DNA of 20,000 bases from an uncultured virus (IMG/VR IMGVR_UViG_3300048504_000529) (lineage: Duplodnaviria; Heunggongvirae; Uroviricota; Caudoviricetes), in the IMG/VR virus record IMGVR_UViG_3300048504_000529; one strand, written 5' to 3'. The notes under the pieces were generated by a model, which did no database searches, was not told the origin of the DNA, and saw only the letters and a list, made by a program, of their open reading frames with translations. The translations under genes and the position numbers were made by a program. Of this stretch, positions 7,557 through 15,775 are shown one piece after another (the stretch's first letter is position 1; the number at the start of each line of letters is the position of its first letter).

Positions 7557-8921
7557 TCAATAAACCTTCGCATATACCGATGCTTCAAACATTTCCGACA
7601 AACCTAACGAATGAGCATATCCGTAAATTCCGGTGACAATCAAATCTTTTTCTTTGTCATTTTTAATAGCAGATGCGATTTGAAGTGCTTGTAATTTGGA
7701 TGTAAGATAATCTAATGCAACTGCATTGCTTTTAAAACCTTTTTCATTCAGTTCTCGTTCTAATGCAGTAACACCAGGTTTCAATGGAAAAACTTGACCA
7801 TAATATTTGTTTATCTCTGACAAAATTTTATCTTTTTTCATTGATTTGATTTTATTATTATCATACAAATCACGATTTGTTAAAGATTTAATAATATGCC
7901 GTGTCGCACCAAATCCACATTTACCATTATTTGCAAATTTTCCTTTTAACTCGATTTGAACACTTTGACCTACTCCAAAGGTTCTTATTTGCATATTTAA
8001 TCCTGCTACCGTTTCAATCACCACATCTTTTGAAGAAAATGGTGTTGCTTGTGGTTTAATACGACAGAACTTAAATGCTTGATTTTGCTTTTTAATATTA
8101 TAAACTGAGTAATTCACAGATGCTCCTGCTTTTTTTAATGAAATTCCAACTATTTCTGCTTTCTTGAATCCTTCTAATAATACCTTATTTAAAGAAACAA
8201 TGTCACTTGTCGCAGGAAGATCAGTTTTATTGCTAATCCAAATATCCGATGGATTCCATTTATCATTACTGATTCTAATTCCCAATTTATTAACTGGTTT
8301 CAAATGCTCTTGAAATTTTTTGTAAATGGAATTCATAAACACCGAGTCACGATGAAAGTGGTGTGATCGTGTGAGTTTGTTTCCTATTTTGGTTTTGATC
8401 TTTTCAGCAGTTAGTATCACGGAATTCAACCACTTTTCATCAGTTTTTAACCAGTTTAAAACTTTTCTTATTTCAGTTTTAGTATTACTTGAACCTAAAT
8501 CTAAAACTTTATCTACCGCATTTATTGTAGTTTCTTCATCTAAATTAAATTCACCGAGATGAACCAACGAAGCAAGTGCTATACAAACTGCACTTTCTGA
8601 TAGTTTTGTAATTTCTGCTCCGGCACCTGAACCCGAACCTTTTGAATAAGGAAGTTTATCAATTTGAGTAAATCTGTATCCAATATTTGTTTTAGAATCA
8701 ACAAAAACATTATTTACATTTTCTTTTAAATAAGAAATTACTTTGCCTGCATTTTTTGATGCTAATATTTTTTTGAGTGATTTAATGGAATTTGAATTAT
8801 AGAATAAAACAACATCCCCTCCATCAATTTTTATTTTATTTTTATTTTCAATATCACATATCAATCTATGTAAATAAGAAAATTCGTTTTTATCTACATC
8901 CGTATAACCAAATGAACCCAT
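7557..8921 (-). CDS. Putative PD-(D/E)xK-like nuclease of a large-phage family (DKWNPxDIW...GISLKK)
   Basis: 454 aa, basic; NDKWNPSDIW and IVGISLKK resemble a restriction-like catalytic D...S-x-K arrangement; start overlaps the upstream stop (TAATG). Confidence 0.55.
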   Translation of the reverse strand: MGSFGYTDVDKNEFSYLHRLICDIENKNKIKIDGGDVVLFYNSNSIKSLKKILASKNAGKVISYLKENVNNVFVDSKTNIGYRFTQIDKLPYSKGSGSGAGAEITKLSESAVCIALASLVHLGEFNLDEETTINAVDKVLDLGSSNTKTEIRKVLNWLKTDEKWLNSVILTAEKIKTKIGNKLTRSHHFHRDSVFMNSIYKKFQEHLKPVNKLGIRISNDKWNPSDIWISNKTDLPATSDIVSLNKVLLEGFKKAEIVGISLKKAGASVNYSVYNIKKQNQAFKFCRIKPQATPFSSKDVVIETVAGLNMQIRTFGVGQSVQIELKGKFANNGKCGFGATRHIIKSLTNRDLYDNNKIKSMKKDKILSEINKYYGQVFPLKPGVTALERELNEKGFKSNAVALDYLTSKLQALQIASAIKNDKEKDLIVTGIYGYAHSLGLSEMFEASVYAKVY

Positions 8922-9331
8922 TATTTATTTTTCCAGTCTTCACCTTCATCTAAATCTTCATAATCATCTTCAAGTTCTTCTAGTAAATCGTAATCCATGT
9001 TACCGTACTTGTCCAAAACCTTACTTTCTTCCGCAGTAAAATGATTTAAATCGTGAAGATACAAATGTCCATCAAATGTTGGATACGTTTGTCTAAATTC
9101 TTTTTCAAATCGTATAAACTTTTCTAATGTTAATGTATCATAAGGAAAATCAATACAGGCCTCAATTTCTTCTCCAAATTGACCACCAACAGAACCATCA
9201 AACTTGACCACAAATTCAATCATTTCATCGACTCGTTTGTCTATTTCTTCATTTGATATTCCAACGAATCCAAATTCCATGCCACGTATCGTTATTCCGT
9301 GTTTGATTTTATCTGAGTCGTTAATCTCCAT
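8921..9331 (-). CDS. Acidic hypothetical protein (136 aa)
   Basis: Likely start ATG 9331 (MEINDSDK), 3 nt after ATATTTATA (9335-9343); very acidic C-terminus; coupled to the next gene. Confidence 0.75.
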   Translation of the reverse strand: MEINDSDKIKHGITIRGMEFGFVGISNEEIDKRVDEMIEFVVKFDGSVGGQFGEEIEACIDFPYDTLTLEKFIRFEKEFRQTYPTFDGHLYLHDLNHFTAEESKVLDKYGNMDYDLLEELEDDYEDLDEGEDWKNK

Positions 9332-9609
9332 ATATATAAATATGGAATTTAAAGAGAAACCCACTCATTTATTTTCTAATGCACAACTACATTTTTGTTT
9401 GCAAGATAGTTAATCAAACTGAAAAACAATTCAGACGAAGTATTCTTGATCTTCGTAACAAGTTGATAGTATATTATATAATCGCAGTTAATTCTCACAA
9501 ATAAAAAATCCTATTCCACTCTAATTCACCAATTATACAATAAATTAAATTGATTGTAAGTAAACATCCATAAAGAATACTTGCCAAATATAAAAGGTTC
9601 TTTAGAAAA

Positions 9610-9852
9610 TTAATCAGCATCGATTTGTGCTTTCATTGCATCAATTGCATCTTCACGATCAAGTTCCGAAAATGTTCCAAATCCTTTACACCACGCACAC
9701 CATGCAAATGCAGATGAAGAACCCTCATCATAATATGAATGAATAACATGACCATTATATTCTAGTTTTTCTTCGTCAGAGACTGCGTTTTCTTCGTCAA
9801 GATCGATTCCAGATTCTGATGCACATTCTTGTAAATGTTTATTGAAACTCAT
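9610..9852 (-). CDS. Small acidic hypothetical protein (80 aa)
   Basis: ATG ORF starting 4 nt after the upstream stop. Confidence 0.75.
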   Translation of the reverse strand: MSFNKHLQECASESGIDLDEENAVSDEEKLEYNGHVIHSYYDEGSSSAFAWCAWCKGFGTFSELDREDAIDAMKAQIDAD

Positions 9853-9856
9853 AATA

Positions 9857-10093
9857 TTATATTGTTGCAGGTGACATTGAATTTGTAATGTCTCTTTGCA
9901 AAGACTTCAAGTCGTGTATGATATCATCAAGCACTTCTTCTGCTGATTGAATGCAGTATCCTTCTTTTCCGGCAAACTTCTTTGCTTCCCATCCATGAAA
10001 CTTACTTGTGTTAATGGAATCTTTGGGATCAGCATAACGAATATTTTCGTTAACGATTTCTTTGATTTTGTTTCTAATTTCTGCTTCTCTCAT
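9857..10093 (-). CDS. Small hypothetical protein (78 aa)
   Basis: ATG ORF directly behind the repeated promoter. Confidence 0.75.
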   Translation of the reverse strand: MREAEIRNKIKEIVNENIRYADPKDSINTSKFHGWEAKKFAGKEGYCIQSAEEVLDDIIHDLKSLQRDITNSMSPATI

Positions 10094-10112
10094 ATTTTTT
10101 TGTTTCTATTCT

Positions 10113-10159
10113 CTCACTTTCAATACAGTGATCTTATCACAATTATTATAAAAAGTCAA
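10113..10159 (-). promoter_or_regulatory. Putative early promoter TTGACT-N17-TAAGAT (TGn) plus conserved leader TGTATTGAAAGTGAG
   Basis: -35 at 10154-10159, -10 at 10131-10136; leader is 14/15 identical to 10365-10379. Confidence 0.8.
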
Positions 10160-10171
10160 CCTAAAAAATCA

Positions 10172-10339
10172 TTACTTGCTGAAATTCTTGATCATTCTAT
10201 TTAAATTTCTCAATTCATTCAATAAAAACTCAGCACCATCATAATTTCCAACTGACCTCATTTCCTTGATATCACTTTTTACTTCAATTCTTCTTGCAAT
10301 CTTTTCCGCAAGAATATCATTCTTATTTACTTCACTCAT
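10172..10339 (-). CDS. Small hypothetical helical protein (55 aa)
   Basis: The track's TTG start (10411) is the -35 box itself; ATG 10339 (MSEVNKN) is preferred. Confidence 0.7.
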   Translation of the reverse strand: MSEVNKNDILAEKIARRIEVKSDIKEMRSVGNYDGAEFLLNELRNLNRMIKNFSK

Positions 10340-10364
10340 ATTTTTATTTTTAACGTTGTTAAAA

Positions 10365-10411
10365 CTCACTCTCAATACAAGTATACTACCAAGAATATTA
10401 TAAAAAGTCAA
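10365..10411 (-). promoter_or_regulatory. Putative early promoter TTGACT-N17-TAGTAT (TGn) plus conserved leader TGTATTGAGAGTGAG
   Basis: -35 at 10406-10411, -10 at 10383-10388. Confidence 0.8.
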
Positions 10412-10423
10412 GCATTATTTTTG

Positions 10424-11968
10424 CTAATAAACAAGTTCTTTTAGTGTCTGCAAATCCAACTTACCTGTTGCAAGTACAGGTATTTCATTTACAATTTTAT
10501 GTTTTTTGGGAACAAATAAATTACCAAGTTGCTTGGATAGTTCACTTCTTAAGTTGGTAAAGTTAATATTCTCGGTGGTGATTAAATACAATTCTTCACC
10601 TTTGCGATCATGTGGAATTCCAACAATTACCAACTTTATTTGATCATCGTGTTGCCAATCAAGAATTTTAATTGCTTCTGCTTCAATTGTTTCGTGTGGA
10701 ATCATTTCTCCACCAATTTTGGAAAATCTTGATAAACGACCTTCAATAAAAAGAAATCCATCTGAATCAAGTTTACCTATATCACCTGTAACAAACCAAC
10801 CATTTTCAAATGCTGACTTGGTTTTAGAACTATCCATGATATACTCGGTGAATATATTATCACCTTGAAAGCATAATAATCCAGATTGTGTTCTTGATAA
10901 ATCTACCTTGGTTTCAGGATGAATTGTTTTCACTTTTATAGATGGTAACATCCTACCAACTGATCCGTGTTTGATTCCATTGGTTGTTGTATTCAATGAA
11001 ATCACAGGTGATGTCTCGGTAAGACCATAACCTTCAAGATACTTGCAATCTGCAATAGTTTCCCATTGTTTAATAAAATCTATGTTGCTTTTTTCTGCAC
11101 CTGCAACGACATATTGCAAACTTTTGAATTTGTTGCTCGATCCCTTTTTAAGATATCCACGCAAAAAGGTGGGAGTTCCTAGAAGTATGCTTACTTGCTC
11201 TGCTTGAATGGCTGCAATGGTTTTGTTTATTTCCAAGGGACTTGGTATTGTAACAATCGGAATGCCCTTGATCAACGGTAACCACATTGTAACGGTGAAT
11301 CCAAAACTATGAAACAGTGGTAGATTTGCAAGCAGTTTACTATTTTTTGGAAACTTCTGAATTTCACAAATTCCGTGGACATTACTGAGAATGTTTTCGT
11401 GCGATAATGATACTCCTTTTGGACTACCACTACTTCCACTTGTAAATAAAACTGCAAATTCTTTTGATGTGGCATTCGGTAATATATTCAATATTCGTTT
11501 GGAAATTGTTTTGGGAATTGAATGCAGAATATAGTTCTTGATTAATTTACATTTATCAGATTTGTATGCTTTTAATTGTGTATCACAATCAATTGTATCA
11601 GACTCAGGAAATGGATATTCGGGAAACTTTGTACGCATTGCAGAAACTGTTAATACCAACTTGATTCCTGATTTTGCTAAACAATGTCTTGCAACATCAT
11701 TTGTAACTGAGAAGTTTAAATTTACAGGTATTTTACCTGCAAGCAAAACTGCAACATTGGCAATTACACCAACTGCACAACTTGGAATTACAACACCAAC
11801 TCTATCTGAATTTGTAGATTTAGCAATATCTTTTGACAACGCAGTTGCCATTATCAAAATTTGCTTTTTAGTTATATGAATTGGTTTATCAAGACTATAA
11901 TCTGTAACACATACATTTGAAGAATTTGTGCGAAGTGAGTTGTACAACTCAAACACTAAGTTATTCAT
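10424..11968 (-). CDS. AMP-dependent acyl ligase, similar to the acyl-ACP synthetase domain of Aas, without the acyltransferase domain
   Basis: FTSGSSGSPKGV P-loop, LPLFHSFG, GTPTFLRGY, AGAEK, EGYGLTETSP, WFVTGD, GRLSRFSKIGGEM, TGKLD; GKIPVNLNF is typical of Aas. Confidence 0.9.
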   Translation of the reverse strand: MNNLVFELYNSLRTNSSNVCVTDYSLDKPIHITKKQILIMATALSKDIAKSTNSDRVGVVIPSCAVGVIANVAVLLAGKIPVNLNFSVTNDVARHCLAKSGIKLVLTVSAMRTKFPEYPFPESDTIDCDTQLKAYKSDKCKLIKNYILHSIPKTISKRILNILPNATSKEFAVLFTSGSSGSPKGVSLSHENILSNVHGICEIQKFPKNSKLLANLPLFHSFGFTVTMWLPLIKGIPIVTIPSPLEINKTIAAIQAEQVSILLGTPTFLRGYLKKGSSNKFKSLQYVVAGAEKSNIDFIKQWETIADCKYLEGYGLTETSPVISLNTTTNGIKHGSVGRMLPSIKVKTIHPETKVDLSRTQSGLLCFQGDNIFTEYIMDSSKTKSAFENGWFVTGDIGKLDSDGFLFIEGRLSRFSKIGGEMIPHETIEAEAIKILDWQHDDQIKLVIVGIPHDRKGEELYLITTENINFTNLRSELSKQLGNLFVPKKHKIVNEIPVLATGKLDLQTLKELVY

Positions 11969-12258
11969 GAATTAGATTTTCGTTGAATTCCTTTTTTACC
12001 GATTTCGTATCCTGCATTTTCAATGGCAGTTTTTATTTCGGCATCAGATAATGTTTTGTTTTTTAATAGCATTATATGAGTGTATGATGTTTGAACATCA
12101 AGTGTGACGGTCTTAACCTTCTTGGTCTTTGATAAATGCTTTGTTATACCTATTGCACACGAAGGACACACAAGACCCTTTACGTGTACAGAGATGGTGC
12201 TTCCAAGCAATAGCAAAGGAAACAACATTAATAAGCATACAAAATTAAATAAACGCAT
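11965..12258 (-). CDS. Secreted heavy-metal-associated (HMA) domain protein
   Basis: Signal peptide, then VKGLVCPSC...AIENAGY; overlaps both neighbours. Confidence 0.85.
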   Translation of the reverse strand: MRLFNFVCLLMLFPLLLLGSTISVHVKGLVCPSCAIGITKHLSKTKKVKTVTLDVQTSYTHIMLLKNKTLSDAEIKTAIENAGYEIGKKGIQRKSNS

Positions 12259-13541
12259 TACGCAAGAATCTTGTTTATAATCTTACCATCATGTGCAACC
12301 TTGAAAGGTCTTCCACTTGGTGAGTAATGTATTTCTTCAAGTTTAAGTCCAAGAGCATGAGCAATTGTTGCATTAAGGTCTTCCACCGAAGCACCTTCTT
12401 CTTCAACATAATGTGCTCGTTCGTCACTTACTCCGTAAACGGTTCCACCTTTAATTCCACCTCCAGCAAGAAATGCACTAAAAGCAGTAGGATGATGATC
12501 ACGACCAATACGACCTGCTTTTACTTCAGGACTTCTTCCAAACTCACTTGCAACCACAACCATTGTGTCGTTCAATTTACCGGTTCGTTCAAGGTCTTTT
12601 AATAATGCTGATAATCCACGATCAAGTGTTGCACCACGTGTTTCCATATTTCCGAATACATCATTGTGCATATCCCAACCACCAAGTTGAACTTCAACAA
12701 AACGAACACCGGTATCTACCAATCTTCGTGCAAGCAAACATCCTTGACCAAAATTATCATCTCCGTACATATCACGTGTTTCTTGAGTTTCTTTTGTTAA
12801 ATCAAATGCTTCCAAATCTTTACTACTCATTAATTTTACTGCATCGTTATACAAATCTGTATAAGCACGAACTTGCTTTTGTGAATATTCACCAAGAAAC
12901 ATTTTGTTGAATTCTTGTGCAGTTTTTAAACGACCGTCATACATAGTTTCATCAAGATACTTTGCAGCCTTTGAGTTCTGAATTCCACTTGAAGGATTTC
13001 CCAACGGAAGAGGACCATGTTTGCTTTCAAGAAATCCCGCACCAAGAACATCACTTCCTCCGTTGATGCGAACTTGTGCCGGCAAAGTTTTATTTAATTT
13101 ACCTGACAACCGACTTACCCAACTTCCCAACGTAGGATGTTTGATTGTTCCTCTTCGTTGATATGAAGTATGAAGCAAATAGTTTGCTTGTTGGTGTGCT
13201 CCTTGATTACTTGTCAAACTACGAATCAAAGATGCGTTGTGCATTTGTTTTGCAGTTTCTGGTAACCAATGACCAATTTGAATTCCGTCTGCACTTGTAG
13301 CAATTGCATTGGTTTCACCCATTACATCTGCGTTTTCTGGTTTCGGGTCAAATGTATCAATGTGAGTCATTCCACCTGACATATACAAAAATATGACGTG
13401 TCGTGCAGATGCAGGTTTGCCAGGTATTTCGTATGCAGTTAAATCACCTGCTCCCATGATGGCACTTACTCCAAGACAAGTCTTGGCCATTCCTTTAATA
13501 AATTTTCTTCTTGATAATTCGTCTGTTAATAGATGTTCCAT
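12258..13541 (-). CDS. DUF1501 family protein with Tat signal (PVC-type)
   Basis: SRRKFIK; VIFLYMSGGMTHIDTFDPK; CLLARRLVDTGVRFVEV; GWDMH; SEFGRSP; GRDHHP; AGGGIKGG; AAGGA SD. Confidence 0.93.
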   Translation of the reverse strand: MEHLLTDELSRRKFIKGMAKTCLGVSAIMGAGDLTAYEIPGKPASARHVIFLYMSGGMTHIDTFDPKPENADVMGETNAIATSADGIQIGHWLPETAKQMHNASLIRSLTSNQGAHQQANYLLHTSYQRRGTIKHPTLGSWVSRLSGKLNKTLPAQVRINGGSDVLGAGFLESKHGPLPLGNPSSGIQNSKAAKYLDETMYDGRLKTAQEFNKMFLGEYSQKQVRAYTDLYNDAVKLMSSKDLEAFDLTKETQETRDMYGDDNFGQGCLLARRLVDTGVRFVEVQLGGWDMHNDVFGNMETRGATLDRGLSALLKDLERTGKLNDTMVVVASEFGRSPEVKAGRIGRDHHPTAFSAFLAGGGIKGGTVYGVSDERAHYVEEEGASVEDLNATIAHALGLKLEEIHYSPSGRPFKVAHDGKIINKILA

Positions 13542-13567
13542 TTTGATTTTCCTTTTCTGTTTTAAAT

Positions 13568-15697
13568 TTAACGAATAAAAATAAATTCATGGGAGTTCAT
13601 AAGAATCCATGCAATATGTTTTGCTCCGTCTTTTTGATCAATGTATTTTTTTAAAAGTTTCATTTCTTTTGCGTTTGGTTCACGATTAAGAATGCTCATA
13701 AAAATGTCTTCAATTTTTCCGGTTTCACGTTTTTCCTCTGCCATTTGTTTCATAAAGTCGGCATTTTTATTGTTTACGATTTTTTGCTCAACAAATCCAT
13801 TGAGCATATTAAGAACTTGAGGTGTAGTTGCTTCAAAGTTTGAATTTTCAATGAGTGCTTTATCACTTCCACCAAACTGACGAATGAGGTGACCACCTCT
13901 TGCAGGATAACCTACATAACTACTACGAATCAAATCACGTGCAGGTATCTTTTTTGGTGCGTAAGTTGTTCCATCTGCTTTATTCAACTGAGCAACAACA
14001 TCTGCAAGATTTCGTGATGGTTTATCGGTCTCGGCGAGATATGCCTTTAACTCATCATAAATTTCTTGAGCAGTTTTATCTTTGTATCGTTCATAAACTG
14101 CTTGATACTTTTCATCGTAATTTGAAGGAACTCGTTCAGGTGAATCAATATTGTTGTAAACTAATGTTACCAATGAATCCCAAATTTGTTCTCCTGTCAT
14201 TCTTTGAAGTGGTGGTCCTGCAAAGTAAAATGTTTCGGGACTTTCATAATCATCTTTAACACTATCACGTGTAAATAAATCCATGCTATAAAGCACTCGC
14301 ATAAATTCTTTAACATCATAATCAACTGATGCCATAATTTTTTCAAGATACGCAAGCAATTCAGGATTACTAGATTCGGTCATATCATTCATATCGTCCA
14401 CCGGTTCAATCAACCCAATTCCAAATGCTCGTTTCCATAAACGATTCACTATAACGGTGGTGAATCTTGGATTTGCTTCTGAAGTAATCCATTCAGAAAA
14501 CTGCTTGCGACTTTGTGGAAGTTTTGTTCCTTGTTCAATTTTCAATGGTGGTGCAAAAATTGCTTTTGCATGAAGTGTGTCACCTGGTTTTGCGTCATCT
14601 TCCATAAACGCATCTGTAAGTTTGATTGTTCCTTTGCCTAATTCATCTGCTAATCCATATCCCATAATATCACGAATATAATTACGATATTGTGTAAATG
14701 TTCTTGCATCATCACTTTTATCTTCACGAACAAGTTTATTGAATTCGTTAACAATTTTTTGAAGTTCTTGTGGACCACGAACACGACCAACTCCGTCTGT
14801 GAATGCAGACATTTCATAAAATTGTTTTTGTGTCCATTTATCAAATGGATGATCGTGACACATAGCACATTCTAATCGTGTTCCTAAAAATACTTGTACG
14901 GTGTTTGCAAGATTATCTAATGGCATACCACGATCACGCAAATAAAATCCTATTGCTTCGTTGCCTGAATCATAATACGCACCTTCGGCGGCAATTAGTT
15001 TTTGCACGAATTCATCAAACGGAGTATTTGCACGAATTTCATTGCGAACATATTCACGATAACGAAATCCACTATTAATATTTGTGTTGTTGAGTTTGTC
15101 TTGAATGCGAAGAATATCAGCAAAGTAATTTAACTGATGACTAACATAACCCTCGGTGTCTAACAATTTATTTATGAGTTTAAGTTTATCTCCACGCATT
15201 TCTGTTTTGAATTCATCGATTTCTGCTTTACCAGGAATTCTTCCGATGATTTTTAGATATGCTCTACGCATAAAAGTATAATCATCTGTATCACGGGTTG
15301 GTCTTTGCCGTTCACTACGAAGTTTTTCCAACACCAAATTATCAGCATATCTTGCCAACTTTTTGATTGTTGCTTCATTTAATGGTCTTGGTAATTTAGG
15401 AACATTATAATCTGATGTCATATAATCATCACGAATCATTCGTTGTGATTGCAATGCCAATGCAGTTAATTTGAAACGAAATAATTGCAAATCGTTCTGT
15501 CGTTGAAACAACACACTTTCTCCGTTGTATTCAATAACTTTTCCTTCAAGTTCTTTTCCGTCACCACTAACAATAGTAACAACTTTTCGTTCTAAAGAAA
15601 TCTCTTTTAGATCCTCGGCATTAATCCGTTCCTGTGCGGTTAACCCGACAGAAATGCTCAAAAAGAGCCCCACTAGCACAAAACTTACGTTTTTCAT
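13568..15697 (-). CDS. DUF1549 (PSCyt2) + DUF1553 (PSD1) protein with signal peptide, SHD1-like N-terminal domain and CxxCH motif
   Basis: DDYTFMRRAYLKIIGRIP; FLGTRLECAMCHDHPFDKWTQKQFY; NPRFTTVIVNRLWKRAFGIGLIEPVDD; SNPELL; GEQIWDSL; terminal WILMNSHEFIF. Confidence 0.93.
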   Translation of the reverse strand: MKNVSFVLVGLFLSISVGLTAQERINAEDLKEISLERKVVTIVSGDGKELEGKVIEYNGESVLFQRQNDLQLFRFKLTALALQSQRMIRDDYMTSDYNVPKLPRPLNEATIKKLARYADNLVLEKLRSERQRPTRDTDDYTFMRRAYLKIIGRIPGKAEIDEFKTEMRGDKLKLINKLLDTEGYVSHQLNYFADILRIQDKLNNTNINSGFRYREYVRNEIRANTPFDEFVQKLIAAEGAYYDSGNEAIGFYLRDRGMPLDNLANTVQVFLGTRLECAMCHDHPFDKWTQKQFYEMSAFTDGVGRVRGPQELQKIVNEFNKLVREDKSDDARTFTQYRNYIRDIMGYGLADELGKGTIKLTDAFMEDDAKPGDTLHAKAIFAPPLKIEQGTKLPQSRKQFSEWITSEANPRFTTVIVNRLWKRAFGIGLIEPVDDMNDMTESSNPELLAYLEKIMASVDYDVKEFMRVLYSMDLFTRDSVKDDYESPETFYFAGPPLQRMTGEQIWDSLVTLVYNNIDSPERVPSNYDEKYQAVYERYKDKTAQEIYDELKAYLAETDKPSRNLADVVAQLNKADGTTYAPKKIPARDLIRSSYVGYPARGGHLIRQFGGSDKALIENSNFEATTPQVLNMLNGFVEQKIVNNKNADFMKQMAEEKRETGKIEDIFMSILNREPNAKEMKLLKKYIDQKDGAKHIAWILMNSHEFIFIR

Positions 15698-15775
15698 AAT
15701 ATGTCCAATAACTTAAATATATATTATTGTGACAATTTTGCAAGTTTTTTATTGTTAATTTACGACATTATGAAG

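Noticed and set aside
1116..9343. Plus-strand T4 late promoters (TATAAATA)
   Set aside because: They would point away from all genes; the fixed spacing to minus-strand start codons fits the opposite orientation better.
9365..9609. Intergenic gap as ncRNA or small ORF
   Set aside because: Only a roughly 40-codon GTG ORF without supporting signals; no convincing hairpin or tRNA fold seen by eye.
9610..9852. HicB-like antitoxin resemblance in the C-terminal half
   Set aside because: Similarity is too weak and there is no HicA-like neighbour.
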